Shown: positions 1 to 16,246 of the stretch, in pieces
Numbering within the stretch: the stretch's first letter is position 1
Layout of the letters: each line of letters begins with the position of its first letter
From: the human T2T-CHM13v2.0 reference genome, Homo sapiens
Reading direction: 5' to 3' (one strand)
Assembly (NCBI RefSeq): GCF_009914755.1
Contig: NC_060926.1
Length of the DNA: 64,000 nt
Position numbers and translations under genes: made by a program
The notes under the pieces: generated by a model
Seen by the model: the letters and a program-made list of their open reading frames with translations, nothing else
What the model was told of the DNA's origin: nothing
Databases searched by the model: none

Positions 1-292
1 AAAGAGAGAAGTCTCAAATTACTAAAATTGGAAATGAAAGTGGAGATATTACTATGAACCTTATAACAATAAAAATATTACAATACTATGAACAATTGTA
101 TACCAACAAATTAGATAACATAGATGAAATGGAAAATTCCTAAAAACATACAAACCACTAAAACTTATGAAGAAGAAATAGAATATCTGAACAGATCTAT
201 GAGTGAAGAGACTGTAATCTCTTAATCAGTAATCAAAAACCTCCCAGCAAAGAAAACTACAAGACTATATGGCATCAATGGTGATTTCTACC
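1..292 (+). mobile_element. Old L1 ORF2 fragment
   Basis: A-rich sequence (tactatgaacaattgtataccaacaaattagataac...gatgaaatgg) similar to the L1 segment at 6470-6730. Confidence 0.85.
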
Positions 293-1187
293 TGGTTTCT
301 TTAAGCATATTGTCTTGCTTTGTCCGTTTTTTCTTTTCAGCTATTTGTGCCCTGTCTTTGAATGCCAAGCATTTAAAATTCTCTTCTACTATGGGTATGT
401 ATGTGCCAAGGTTTTTCTCTAGTTATGCTCTGCTCACCTGCTAAGTCTGCCTGGTATATTTGCTGATCTCATAGATACGCTGGTATTTCTTGTCCCTCCT
501 AGCCATGCCTGGTCATGTTCAATGTGCCGAAATGGATCCTGGACAACACAAACAGAGAAAAAGGCAAGGAATCAGGTAATCGAAGAACTATGCAAAAAAG
601 ATGTTGCTTCAGAATATAGAAGGTTAGAGGAATTGAGAAGGAATATGTGAGCAATAGATTTAAACTGTCCAAGGTCAGCACAATGTTTATTGAGCAACAA
701 CAGTGTGCTAGTAACTATAGATTCAAAGGAAAATAATACAGGATTGAAAAGCCAAAGCAGAATCTTAGAATAAGAAGACAGGCAAGCCCAGTTCAGATGC
801 AGGGAATACAAAAAGATTAGGGTCAAGGTTGAGTCAAAGGCAAGTTGATCAGAGATCATGTTCATCTAAGGACTAAGAGTTTCAAATAGTGGATCAGAGT
901 CAGCCCAGCTGTTATCAGAGGAGTAATAAAAGTAAACAAGAGACTGCTGCCTCTACTCTGGATGTAGAACGCTTCAAGATAATATTGTTCTAACTGTAAT
1001 GATGAGAATGAGTTAAGAATGTACAGAAGCATAGCTATTTTAAGCCCCTTAGAGAGCTTGCAAAGAAACCTAATGAATGAAAATCCAAGAACTGGCAAGC
1101 CCTCCTAGGAAAGAATGGACCCATGGTAAAGTAGCAACTTCAGCAGAAGAGAATATCCATAGATGTACGCAATAACAAAGCAGCTGA

Positions 1188-1350
1188 GGCTGGGTGCAGT
1201 GGCTCATGCCTGTAATCCTGGCACTTTGGGAGGCTGAGGTGAAAAGGATTGCTTGAACCCAGGAGTTTGAAACTAGCCTGGGCAACATAGCGAGACATCA
1301 TCTCTATTAAAAATAATAATAATAACAATAATAAATTTAAAAAGAAAAAA
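1188..1350 (+). mobile_element. Alu monomer (FLAM/left arm) with (AAT)n tail
   Basis: GGCTGGGTGCAGTGGCTCATGCCTGTAATCC; TSD-like aaa(g/a)cagctga on both sides. Confidence 0.9.
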
Positions 1351-1807
1351 ACAGCTGAATCTTTAATGCAATTGTAATGATGGAATGTGGGACAGTTTCG
1401 AATTCCTGGATGGTGAAGACACAGGGGAGTCTGAACCAAATTGATAACTCTTTTCCACAGGACTTTCCAATGAGTGCTCACAAAACAGGTTAGGGTAAAA
1501 GACCTGAGAGACAGATGTGCTACACCTGTTGAAATCTGAGGGTGAAGCAAGAGAATGGAGGAGCAATCTGGGCCTTACACAGAATATGAGGGAGCAATTG
1601 CCTACCAGTGGGGAAGAGACAGATAAGCTGAGAGACAACCTCCCTGAATCAGGCAGCAGCCATTTATGGCTTGGGGGAGCTCAGTGAGATCCCCTGAGGA
1701 GCAGTCACATGGACCCTGCTGACATTTGTGCACACATCAAAAGAAGGAAGGCAAATCCTCCAGGAACTCAGACTCCAAGCCCTGCTAAAAGAAACGTCTT
1801 GATATTA

Positions 1808-2286
1808 GAGGGCCAGGACTAAGGTGAGGCAAATAAGGTGAATGAGGCACTTGCCTTGGGCACAAAAGGGGGAGGCAAGAACACTCAATTAATCAATAAA
1901 TAATATTTTAATGCAATATTTTAAAAATTCAGTTTGTGCAAAAAGTCCATGATGAGAAAAATATGAAAAAATTTAAAAAGGCCTGAAGTGTGGCTCAGGC
2001 CTATAATTCCAGCACTTTGAGGGTCCAAGGCAGGAGGACTGCTTGAGCCCAGGGGTTTGAGACCAGACTAGGCATCATAGGACGACCCTGTCTCTACAAA
2101 AATAAAAAAAACAAAATAAAACAAGATTTTTTTAATTAAAAAAAAGTTTTAATAAAGACAGAAATGGTCTTATTGATTTTTCCTTCTGCTTCAGGATTCA
2201 ATATTTCTTGGTATAGCCCTTACTGATCCTCTCTCTTTCTGCACCTCAGCAAATGCCTCACTTGCCTCATCTTAGTCCTGGCCTTG
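1808..2286. mobile_element. Non-autonomous hAT DNA transposon (MER96B-like) interrupted by an Alu monomer (~1978-2120)
   Basis: ~25-bp terminal inverted repeats: agggccaggactaaggtgaggcaa / ttgcctcatcttagtcctggccttg. Family name from recall. Confidence 0.75.
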
Positions 2287-2564
2287 ATCTGCTCTCAATA
2301 ATTCAAAGTATGTACTAAACTGAGTCTAATTAACATATACAAAGCCCAGTCGCATTCAATTTCAGACTAGATTGTCCCAACCCACTACATTAACAGTATG
2401 ACAGAAGAAGAGATACACCTTTTCTGAATGTAAGTATTATTTACCCCAAGCTCTTCTGTTATTTGACACACAGTATATGCCAATAAATTTAAGATAGATC
2501 CAATCCCCAAGCATCTGAGAACAGCAAGATGCTGCCAGACTCCAGAATCTTGATCTATAAAGTC

Positions 2565-7500
<4,936 letters not shown>

Positions 7501-7515
7501 CAAAAATGAAGGTGA

Positions 7516-7640
7516 GGTTGGGTGCAGTGCCTAACACCTGTAATCCCAACGCTTTGGGAGGCCAAGGTAGGAGGATCACTTGAGGCCAGGAGTTTGAGAC
7601 TAGCCTGGACAACATAGCAAGATCCTGTCTCTAAAAAAAA
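7516..7640 (+). mobile_element. Alu monomer
   Basis: Left-arm sequence; TSD aaaaatgaaggtga at 7502-7515 and 7636-7649. Confidence 0.9.
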
Positions 7641-8791
7641 TGAAGGTGAAATTAAAACCTATTGAATAGATGAAAGCTGAAATAATTTATCTCCAGCAGG
7701 TCTCAACTTCAAGATATACTAAAATAAGTTCATTAGAGTAAAATAAGAGCTAGACTTTACCTGAAAGCTGCAAAAATTAATAGTTTAGATTTATGTATAA
7801 TAAACTTATTTAAACTTATTCCATAAGAAGAAAAATTAAGACAACTTATTTGAAAACAAAGATGAAGTCTCATCTTCCAATTGACTTTCTCATTAGTTTC
7901 TTCCAAAGTAAGGTCTCAAAGTGGTGACTGACACTTTTTTCATAATGAACCCTTTCACAACATTGTATAGCCTGTGGTAAGTACAAAGGTAAAGGAAGAC
8001 ATATTTAAGAGCTTTACTATCAGTATTAACTCTTCCTGGTTCAATTGTGTTCTTTTTTTGTCTATTAAGTTAAAATACAAACCAACATTGATATTCACTT
8101 TCCAATATGTTAAAACATAATGTTACTTATGAAAAATATTTTTCATGTAATTGTGTTATGTCTTGTATATATACCTCAAAGTCAAATGAATATCTTTCAT
8201 GTATGTTCTAAAACAACATAAACAACACAACATTAATAATATCCTTAATTATAAACATAGTAAGATGTTTTGCCATTGCTGCTAAATGACATTTTGTACT
8301 TCTTTCCTTATGCTCTCTGTATTGTATTAAACAACTCCCAGTGCTGTTGAACTGCTCTTATTTTAAAAAACAAAACAAGAAAAAACCTTGACATTGCATA
8401 CATTTTTTGGTTAATCAAATCATATACATAGAAACATGTAATGCAACTGAGTTGAATATATATCAAATTCTTGACTTAGTATTACCAATGAGCAGAAATG
8501 CACAGTAAGCAAATATTTTATTATGCCCTTTATTTGTCCTTATTGATATCTAAATTACTGAAAAAGGTATGAATCTATTTCTTAAGGCTGATTAGGCTGA
8601 AGGGAAATTATATCAGATGGAAGTCTGGTTTTTCAGGAAGAGATGCAGAAAGAGTAAAAATGTTGGAAAATATAAAGAGCAGAAAAGGAAAACAAATAAA
8701 ACATTAAGAAGTGTTTTTAAACCCAAACATATTCATCGTATCCAAGAACTGAAAACAGTCCAGATATCCATCAACAAAGCATGGACATATT

Positions 8792-9100
8792 GGCTGGGCA
8801 CTGTGGCTCACACCTGTAATCCCGGCACTTTGGGAGGCTGAGGCAGGTGGATCACCTGAGGTTAGGAGTACGAGACCAGCCTGGCCAACATGGTGAAACC
8901 CCATCTCTACTAAAAAACTACAAAAACTAGTCAGGCATGGTGGCACGCCCCTGTAGTCCCAGCTACTTGGGAGGCTGAGGCTGAGGGAGGAGAATTGGTT
9001 GAACCGCGGAGGCAGAGATTGCAGTGAGCTGAGATCACGCCACTGTAGTCTAGCCTGGGCAACAGAGCAAGATGCTGTCTCAAAATAAAACAAAACAAAA
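8792..9100 (+). mobile_element. AluS-type element
   Basis: Dimeric Alu; TSD aaagc(a/g)tggacata at 8776-8789 and 9101-9114. Confidence 0.95.
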
Positions 9101-9383
9101 AAAGCGTGGACATACAAACTGTGGCATATTCAGACATCGGGATACTACCCAGCAATGAAAAGGAACAAAATTCCTATAGATGTGATGACCTGGATGACTC
9201 TCAAAAACATGTTGAGTAAAGGAAGCTAGACACAAAAGAGTATATACTGTATTACTGCCTTTAAATTAAACAACGGGCAAAGGTAATTTATGATGATAGA
9301 AACTGGAACAACAGTTACTCTGGGAAGGAGTACTTCCTTCCCAGCATGAGGGAATATTTAGAGGTCATGGAAATATTCTGTCT

Positions 9384-9921
9384 CAGACTTTGGCAAATCT
9401 TTTCTATAAGGAGCAAAAGTATTATTATTTTTGGCTTTCAAGGACATACAGTCTCTGTTATAACTACTTAAGTTTATCACTGTAGTGTGAAATCAGCCAT
9501 AGATAAAACATAAACAAATGGGTATGGCTATGTTCTATTAAAATATTCTTTATAGCTGAGTGCAGTGGCTCAGGCCTGTAATCCCAGCACTTTGGGAGGC
9601 CAAGGCAGGTGGATCACTTGAGCTCAGGAGTTCGAGAGCAGCCTGGACAACATGGCGAGACTCCATCTCTATTTTTAAAAAAATTATTAATAAAATAAAA
9701 ATTAAAACAATATTATTTGTAGACACAAAGAATATAATAATAATATAATAATTTCTCACCAATTATATAAAATTTGAATTTTATATAATTTTAATGTGTC
9801 ACAAAACATTGTTCTCGCTTCCCCCTCATATATTAAAAAATGTAAAAACCACTCTTGAAACGCTGTAGAAAATTAGGCAGTGGAACAGATTTGGCCTGTG
9901 GCTGTAGTTTGCTGACCCCTG
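9384..9921 (+). mobile_element. MER58B-like hAT-Charlie MITE with internal Alu monomer (~9554-9705)
   Basis: Ends cagactttggcaaa... and ...gctgtagtttgctgacccctg; degenerate 8-bp TSD ttctgtct/ttctatat. Confidence 0.8.
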
Positions 9922-11160
9922 TTCTATATCTTGATGGGGTGTAGGTTATTTGGATGCATGTAATTCATAAGCTGATAAAAATGTTCACTTAAGATCTATG
10001 CTTTTCTCTGGATATAAATTATTCCTCAACAGAAAAAGTCTTTAAAATACCCAGAGGCAAGGAGCTTAGCGCTGACACTCTGGGATGACTTCATTAATTG
10101 TCACAGGTGCTTTGCCTTAACAGAAATAGCATAAGACATTTAGATTTTCACATAAAACACGAGTTATTCTTGTGCTATTTCAGGGAAGCAGATTTAGGCA
10201 AAAATATTGTGCTCTAATTGTTTTGAAATTGAGAAATCAAGGTCAAGCATATTCCAAATTTTCTGTTGCCAACTTTCTTAAGGCATTTGGGAACTTCTGA
10301 TGTCCTCTGGAGCTAGGGTTGACACAGCAAGTTAGTGTCAGGATTTGACTGGAATATATACCCTGAAGCTTGGATAATTTTTACTAACCAGTGGAAGTTA
10401 TTTCTGGCAATACCCAGTGGCTAAAATATATTTGTTGGCAGTTTCAATATCCTGCTGCTCAGTCCTCCATCTGTCTTCACCTCAGTGTATCCTTTGACCT
10501 TACTGCATGGTCTTCCAAGTTGAAACTCTTTTTGGCTTGCTTCCAGAATGTACCTCTCACCTGGTTCTCCTGCTGCTTCTAAGAGATCTCTTGGTCTTTT
10601 CAGTGCCCACTGCTGGTCCCTACATGAATGCCCTCCTCACCCTCCTTGGGGTCTGACATCCATGTCAAATCACTCTCCTACACACTCTCCTCCCCCTCCT
10701 CAGGCTCTGTTACTCATGCCAGGCTTTCTTCTCATGTAAACAGTCTCTTCACTCTGTTTGGGCTCCAACATACCACACTAGGCTGCCCCCATTCATGGAT
10801 GCCCTCCTCACCTCACTTGGACTCTAGATAACCCAGGCTAGGTTAACCTTTTGTGTGTCTACCCTTCTCACCCCACTTGGGCTCTGACTGTCTATGCCCG
10901 GCTATTACTCCTTACTCTTTAGAGCTCTAACATCCCATGGCTGACAGCCTCTCCTTATTAACACCTATCTTGCTCTGCCCCTCCTAATGGCCTCAAGACT
11001 GAAATGTTTAGAAAGAGGAAAGGAAAGAGAAAAAAGTAGAAGAGAGGAGGGAATTTTAAAATATTTTATTGGATTTTAAAATATGTAGCATTTTGATCTA
11101 CCTGGAACTTATTTTCGTGAATGTTGGTGTAGGAATCTTGGTTATATATACATTATATAC

Positions 11161-11453
11161 TTTTTTTTTTTGAGACAGAGTCTTGCTTCGTCATCCAGGC
11201 TGGAGTGCAGTGGCGTGATCTCAGCTCACTGCAACCTCTGCTTCCTGGGTTTAAGGTTCAAGTGATTCTTCTGTCTCAGCCTCCCGAGTAGCTGGGATTG
11301 TGGATGTGCACCACAACAGCCAGCTAATTTTTACAGTAGCGATGAGGTCTCACCATGTTGGCCAGGCTGGTCTCAAACTCCTGACCTGAAGTGATCTGCC
11401 ACCTCAGCTTCCCAAAATGCTGGGATTACAGGCATAAGTCACTGCGCCCGGCT
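11161..11453 (-). mobile_element. Alu (antisense)
   Basis: Poly-T then gagacagagtcttgct...actgcgcccggc; TSD-like ttatatatacatt. Confidence 0.95.
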
Positions 11454-11499
11454 TATATATACATTTTTAATGGATAATCAATAGACCTCAAAGCATGTA

Positions 11500-14250
11500 T
11501 TGCATAGTTTATTCTTTACACCCACTAGAAATATGTCGATCACAAACTAATTTTTAATATACACTGGGTCTGTTTCTTTGTTCTCTTCATTACTTATATA
11601 TTTATGTCTTGATGTTTTTATTTGTTGTTTTGTTAGAGGAGAAATGACATATTTATCAGATCATATCAAGAGACAGAATTTTTCATCTTCTTTATACATG
11701 TCAGCAAAGTCTAATTTTCTTCATATAGGTTGTGTTCATTTCATGTATTAATTTTTAGGGATTACATGTTTTATTATCATTAATGGTTTTTATTTTTCTA
11801 CTGTATGTTCTAATTGATGCTTGCTAAGGAATAGGAATTCTTTTGATTTTCGTTTGTTGATCTTTTATTGCATTATCTTTTTGATTCTTGTTTTAATTCT
11901 AATAATTTGTCACTGATGCTTTTGATTTATCTACAAATGTTTTGGGCTTTTTCTTCCATTCCAATGTTTACATTGTATTATTTTTCTTGTCTTATTACAT
12001 TAGCAATTAACCTCTATTGTAACTTGAATAGTAATGACAGCATTGGGCATCCTTATCTTGCTCCTGACTTTATTGGGAATTTTTCTAAAATTTCACAATT
12101 AAGTACAATGTTTAAGTATATTTCTGGTAGATATCCTTTATAGAGTTATAAAATTTTCTTTTCTTGATAGTTTGCTAAGAGTTTTTATAATGAATGAAAA
12201 TGAAGTATATAAAATTTTTGGTGTATCTATTGAGATAATCATATGTATTTTCTCCTTTAATTTGTTAATGTAGCAGATTCCATTAATGAGAGTTAAAAAT
12301 TAAATTTTAAAAGTAACATGTGAGTACATTTACCTTATAAAATGAGAGAATTACAGGGAGTGGGGAGATTGGGTAGATGTTGGTCAAAGGACACAAAATT
12401 TCAGTTAGACAGGAGGAATAAGTTCAAATGATCTAATGTACATCATGGTGACTACAGTTAATGACAATATATTGTATATTTGAAAATTGCTAAGAGTGGA
12501 TTTTAAGTGTTCTCACCACACAAAAAAAGATGAGTATGTGAGGGAATGCATATGTAAAATAATTTGATATAGCCATTCCACAATGTATATCTATACCAAA
12601 ACATCATATTGTACACCATATAGTTTTACCTGTCAATTAAAAATAAGGTGATAAAAATGTAAATACAAAAAAAGTGTATTTATAAAAAATTAGAATTACA
12701 AATAATATGTGTTGTCTTTGACTAATACCCCTAATTCTAGTGTGCACCCCCTAATACCAGTAACCATTACTGTAAGTTTTAATAACCATATTTAACAGAA
12801 CATATATACTGTTGTTTTTGTATGTGTATTTTGAAATAGTACCAAATGCAAATTTCTTTTTCATTCATAATGTATTTTGGTAACTATTTTTATTGGAACA
12901 TCTAGCTGCTTTGACTCCTTTACAAATCCTCTACAACTTTCCAATATATGCATTACATTCCATTTATTGTTAATAATTTTATTTATTCCTTCTCCAACTG
13001 GAGTACACTTAGGTTATTTGCAGATGTTTTTTCGTTCATATGTGTGTGGGTGTTTTTCTGTGGTACGTAACTTATATTCCTAGGTTTTTAGAAAGTTTAA
13101 AAACATTTTTTAAAAATTATGGGTGGTATTGAATATAAGTGTACACTTATAATCTTCTTAGTTTTCTATGTAATTTAAAAATACTCTTAAGATCACAAGT
13201 GTTCAATGTGACTGCATGCTCTATTTAGCCCTAAGGTGAATATACGATTTTTCTTTTTTAACCTGTCATGGTGAATTTTAGTAATTTTCTAATCTTGAAG
13301 TATCTTTGCATTCATATAACACTAATTAATCATATCAATTACCTAAAAAAAATGCTGCTGGATTTAATTTGCTGGTATTTTATAAAAGAATTTCCCATCT
13401 ATGTTCCTAAGTATAATTGAACCATAGTTTTTCTTTCTTATACTCGCCCAGTTCAGAATTTGTGAAACGGTTTTATAACTTTTATAAAATGCATTGGATA
13501 TCTTTCCATCTTTTCTAAGCTCTGAAATAATGAATTCAACATAGAAAGTATATGTTCCTTCAGGTTCAATAGAATTTTTCCCTTGAGTTGTTTTTCAAAT
13601 TAATATTTAATTACATAATCTAAGTTCTCCATATCTTCCCTTATATTTTACATTTGAGTTGCATATTTCTGAGATATTTATGTCTTCTACTCTGAAAACA
13701 AATTGTCAAATTTGTAAAATTTCTCATCGTTCATAGCGTCACCTTAGGATAGGCCATGTTTTTAGATTCATAACAGTTCAGGAGACCATACTGTCTTCAT
13801 GGACTTTATCTTTAATATAAAATCCTTTCTCTTTTGATACTTTTAATTGTATTAATATTGCTATACTGCTTTCATTTGGCTACCATTTGATTAAATATTT
13901 TAGCCCAGTATTTTCAAGCTTCCTGTTTTGTAAGCATTTGCTTATGGTCAATTTATAGCTGGATTGTCCTTTTATTCCCAACTGTCTTTTAAAACTTGTG
14001 AGTGAAATTAACCCATTTACATTTATTGTAAATACTGATGTTTGGACTTTTCACATGAAAAACATTTTTACCATATGTTCTGGTTTCTTTTGCTTATCTC
14101 GTTCCCATTTCTGCCTTCTTTCAGCTGGATAGGTTTTTTCTTCTCATTTAGCAGCCCCCTTCCTTTAAATGGTCTACAGATTATAAATCCAATTTAATTC
14201 TTGTTACTAACTTTAAAAACTTAAAATCACATTCAGAATATGTATATTGA
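11500..14250 (-). mobile_element. Patchwork of old antisense L1 fragments, with a sense L1MA 3' end at ~12350-12650
   Basis: T-rich antisense L1 motifs (gggcatccttatcttgctcctgacttt, ctattgagataatcatatg); sense ggtcaaaggacacaaaatttcagttagacaggaggaataagttc. Confidence 0.7.
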
Positions 14251-14697
14251 AAATCAACATCCAGAGTTGATTTGCATCTATAATCCCTTATATGTTTCCA
14301 AACATTCTCTGATTATACGTTTCCACGCTTGTAAAATGGGAGGCATGAGTTCTTCTTAAGGATTAAATGTGATGTAATGTCAAACACTAGCCTTTATGAA
14401 CATATCTTCAATTTCTTCATTCCATTTCTTTTTCATTCAATCAAAATACTTCAGGTCCAGAGCACACAATCACCTCTAAACTCCTTTGTCCTTCAAAGTC
14501 ACCTTCTCTTTCATCTCTTCCATCATTCATTATGGCCTTCAACTACTTTAAATTTCTTTGTAAGTATCTGAATACCTTCTCAATCCCACTTTGGAGAAAA
14601 AAAAATCTCATTATACATTGTATTTAAAGGTCTCTTTTGCTCTAAATTTAATGAACGTCATTATCCAGTAACTCCACGCCTTTCTTCATTTATCCTT

Positions 14698-14800
14698 CAA
14701 AATGGCGGACTTTAGACGTTCCACGATCAGTACCACGTGCGCCTGCGCCTCCCGCAGCCATTTCGCCCAGCAGCCTAAGCTCGGCGAGGCGCCTGCGCAC
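14698..14800 (+). promoter_or_regulatory. Distal promoter motif cluster: YY1 (CAAAATGGCGG 14698-14708; reverse AAATGGCTGCG 14753-14763), E-box/HRE CACGTG (14734-14739), two NRF1-like GCGCCTGCGC (14739-14748, 14789-14799)
   Basis: Motifs read directly; KDM3A is an established HIF target; occupancy is inferred. Confidence 0.65.
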
Positions 14801-15233
14801 GAGCCTCCAGAGCACTATCGCTCCTCCCTCTAGCTGAGTACGCCTGAAACCGCACGTTCTCTTCCCTGCCCTCCCCCGCTAACCCTGCACCGCCCTCACC
14901 CTTTCCTGTGAGATTCTTCCGCCAAGTGGAAGGCTCATCTTCGGTCGACAGCCTACGCGGTTGAAGAACAATCCAGTAGGCACTTATAGCTCAGGGTCTC
15001 GCCATTCAGTCTTATCTATGCGCCACAGCAATTTTCCTCCGGGCCCCAAAGTTGATAACCGATTTCGCGGGACTTTTTTTTTGCATACTGTGAGGCAACA
15101 AATGGAAAGAATAGGCCTATGGCGGAGGGATCACTCGCTTATTCTCTGTGTACTTTAACCTAATGGGGGTCGCCCGGGAGTCGGAAGGGGGAGGGGAAAG
15201 GGAGGAGGCAGCCAAGGAATTGTTTTTTTCTCT

Positions 15234-15345
15234 GGCCCCGCCCTCGCCCGGGGGGCCAATGGTGATGATCTGTTTCCCCCGGAGCCTCGCCCAGCTCCTG
15301 TGTTTCAGCCAATGAGCGGCGGAAGCGGCTCCGAGGGGGGCGGGT
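15234..15345 (+). promoter_or_regulatory. Proximal TATA-less promoter: GC boxes (15234-15243, ~15335-15345), two CCAAT boxes (15256-15260, 15309-15313), ETS-like CGGAAG (15320-15325)
   Basis: Motifs read directly just upstream of exon 1. Confidence 0.7.
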
Positions 15346-15349
15346 CCGG

Positions 15350-15457
15350 GAGGCTGTGCGTGTCTTGTGAGAGCTCTTGAACCAAGTCAGCGCTGGAGTC
15401 GGCTAGGCGGCTGGAAACGGCGGCTGCCGCCGGTGACTCAGGGAGGCGGGAGGCGGG
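15350..15457 (+). other. KDM3A: KDM3A non-coding exon 1 (start approximate)
   Basis: Donor GGG|GTAAGA at 15457/15458. No ATG. In-frame TGA at 15434-15436 upstream of the start codon after splicing to 16031. Confidence 0.7.
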
Positions 15458-16060
15458 GTAAGAGCGCCGCGGCCTCGGCTGCGGGGAGAGGGGAGAGAAA
15501 GGTGAAAGCGCCGAGCGCGCGGCCCCGTCGCCCGTTGGCAGCGGCGCAGGCCCGGGAGACGGGCGCCCGGGGTTCGGGGCCGGGGAGCTGGGCGCCGGGG
15601 CGGGGCGGCGGGGCAAGTGCGGAATCGCGGGCTCGCCCACCCTCCCCCGTGGGGCCGCCCGGGGCGGGGACCCAGCCGCCCGGGACCGGCTCTCTGCACC
15701 AGGGGCCTTTTCTTTTCGGGGCTGGGGGCTGAGCACTTTCAAATCCACTCGAGCCGCAGATAATTTTTCCCTCACTCCCTCTGCGGTTGCGTTTGAGCTG
15801 TTAGAAAAGCCAAACTTGGGAGAGCGAGGGTCACGCGGCGCTGGGGCCCGGGTGTGTGGCGGGGGAGGGCGGCGGGGGGCGGGAGGGCGCAGGAGGGGGG
15901 CTCGGTGCGGGTCCGCCCGGGGCCGCGTCCTCGCGCGGGTTCGGCGCCCTCCGCCCGCCCTCCCTGCTGTCTCCGCCCGGCCCCCTCCCACCGGCCGCCC
16001 CCGTCGCATTTTGTTTTTGTGTTTTTGCAGGGAGGAGCTCTTCCTGCAGGCGTGGAAACC

Positions 16061-16246
16061 ATGGTGCTCACGCTCGGAGAAAGTTGGCCGGTATTGGTGG
16101 GGAGGAGGTTTCTCAGTCTGTCCGCAGCCGACGGCAGCGATGGCAGCCACGACAGCTGGGACGTGGAGCGCGTCGCCGAGTGGCCCTGGCTCTCCGGGAC
16201 CATTCGAGCTGTTTCCCACACCGACGTTACCAAGAAGGATCTGAAG
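16061..16246 (+). CDS. KDM3A: KDM3A exon 2, coding part (aa 1-62; exon starts 16031)
   Basis: Acceptor tttttgcag|16031; Kozak ACCATGG; MVLTLGESW...KKDLK; donor AAG|GTACAG. Confidence 0.97.

Larger units (their letters stand above)
8730..10040 (+). mobile_element. L1ME-type 3' end fragments hosting nested Alu and MER58 insertions
   Basis: atatccatcaac...aaactgtggcatattc...gatactacccagcaatgaaaaggaac...ctcaaaaacatgttgagtaaagg. Confidence 0.7.

Noticed and set aside
15418-16060. Non-AUG N-terminal extension or uORF in the 5'UTR
   Set aside because: No ATG in the spliced leader, and an in-frame TGA at 15434-15436 limits any extension to a few codons.
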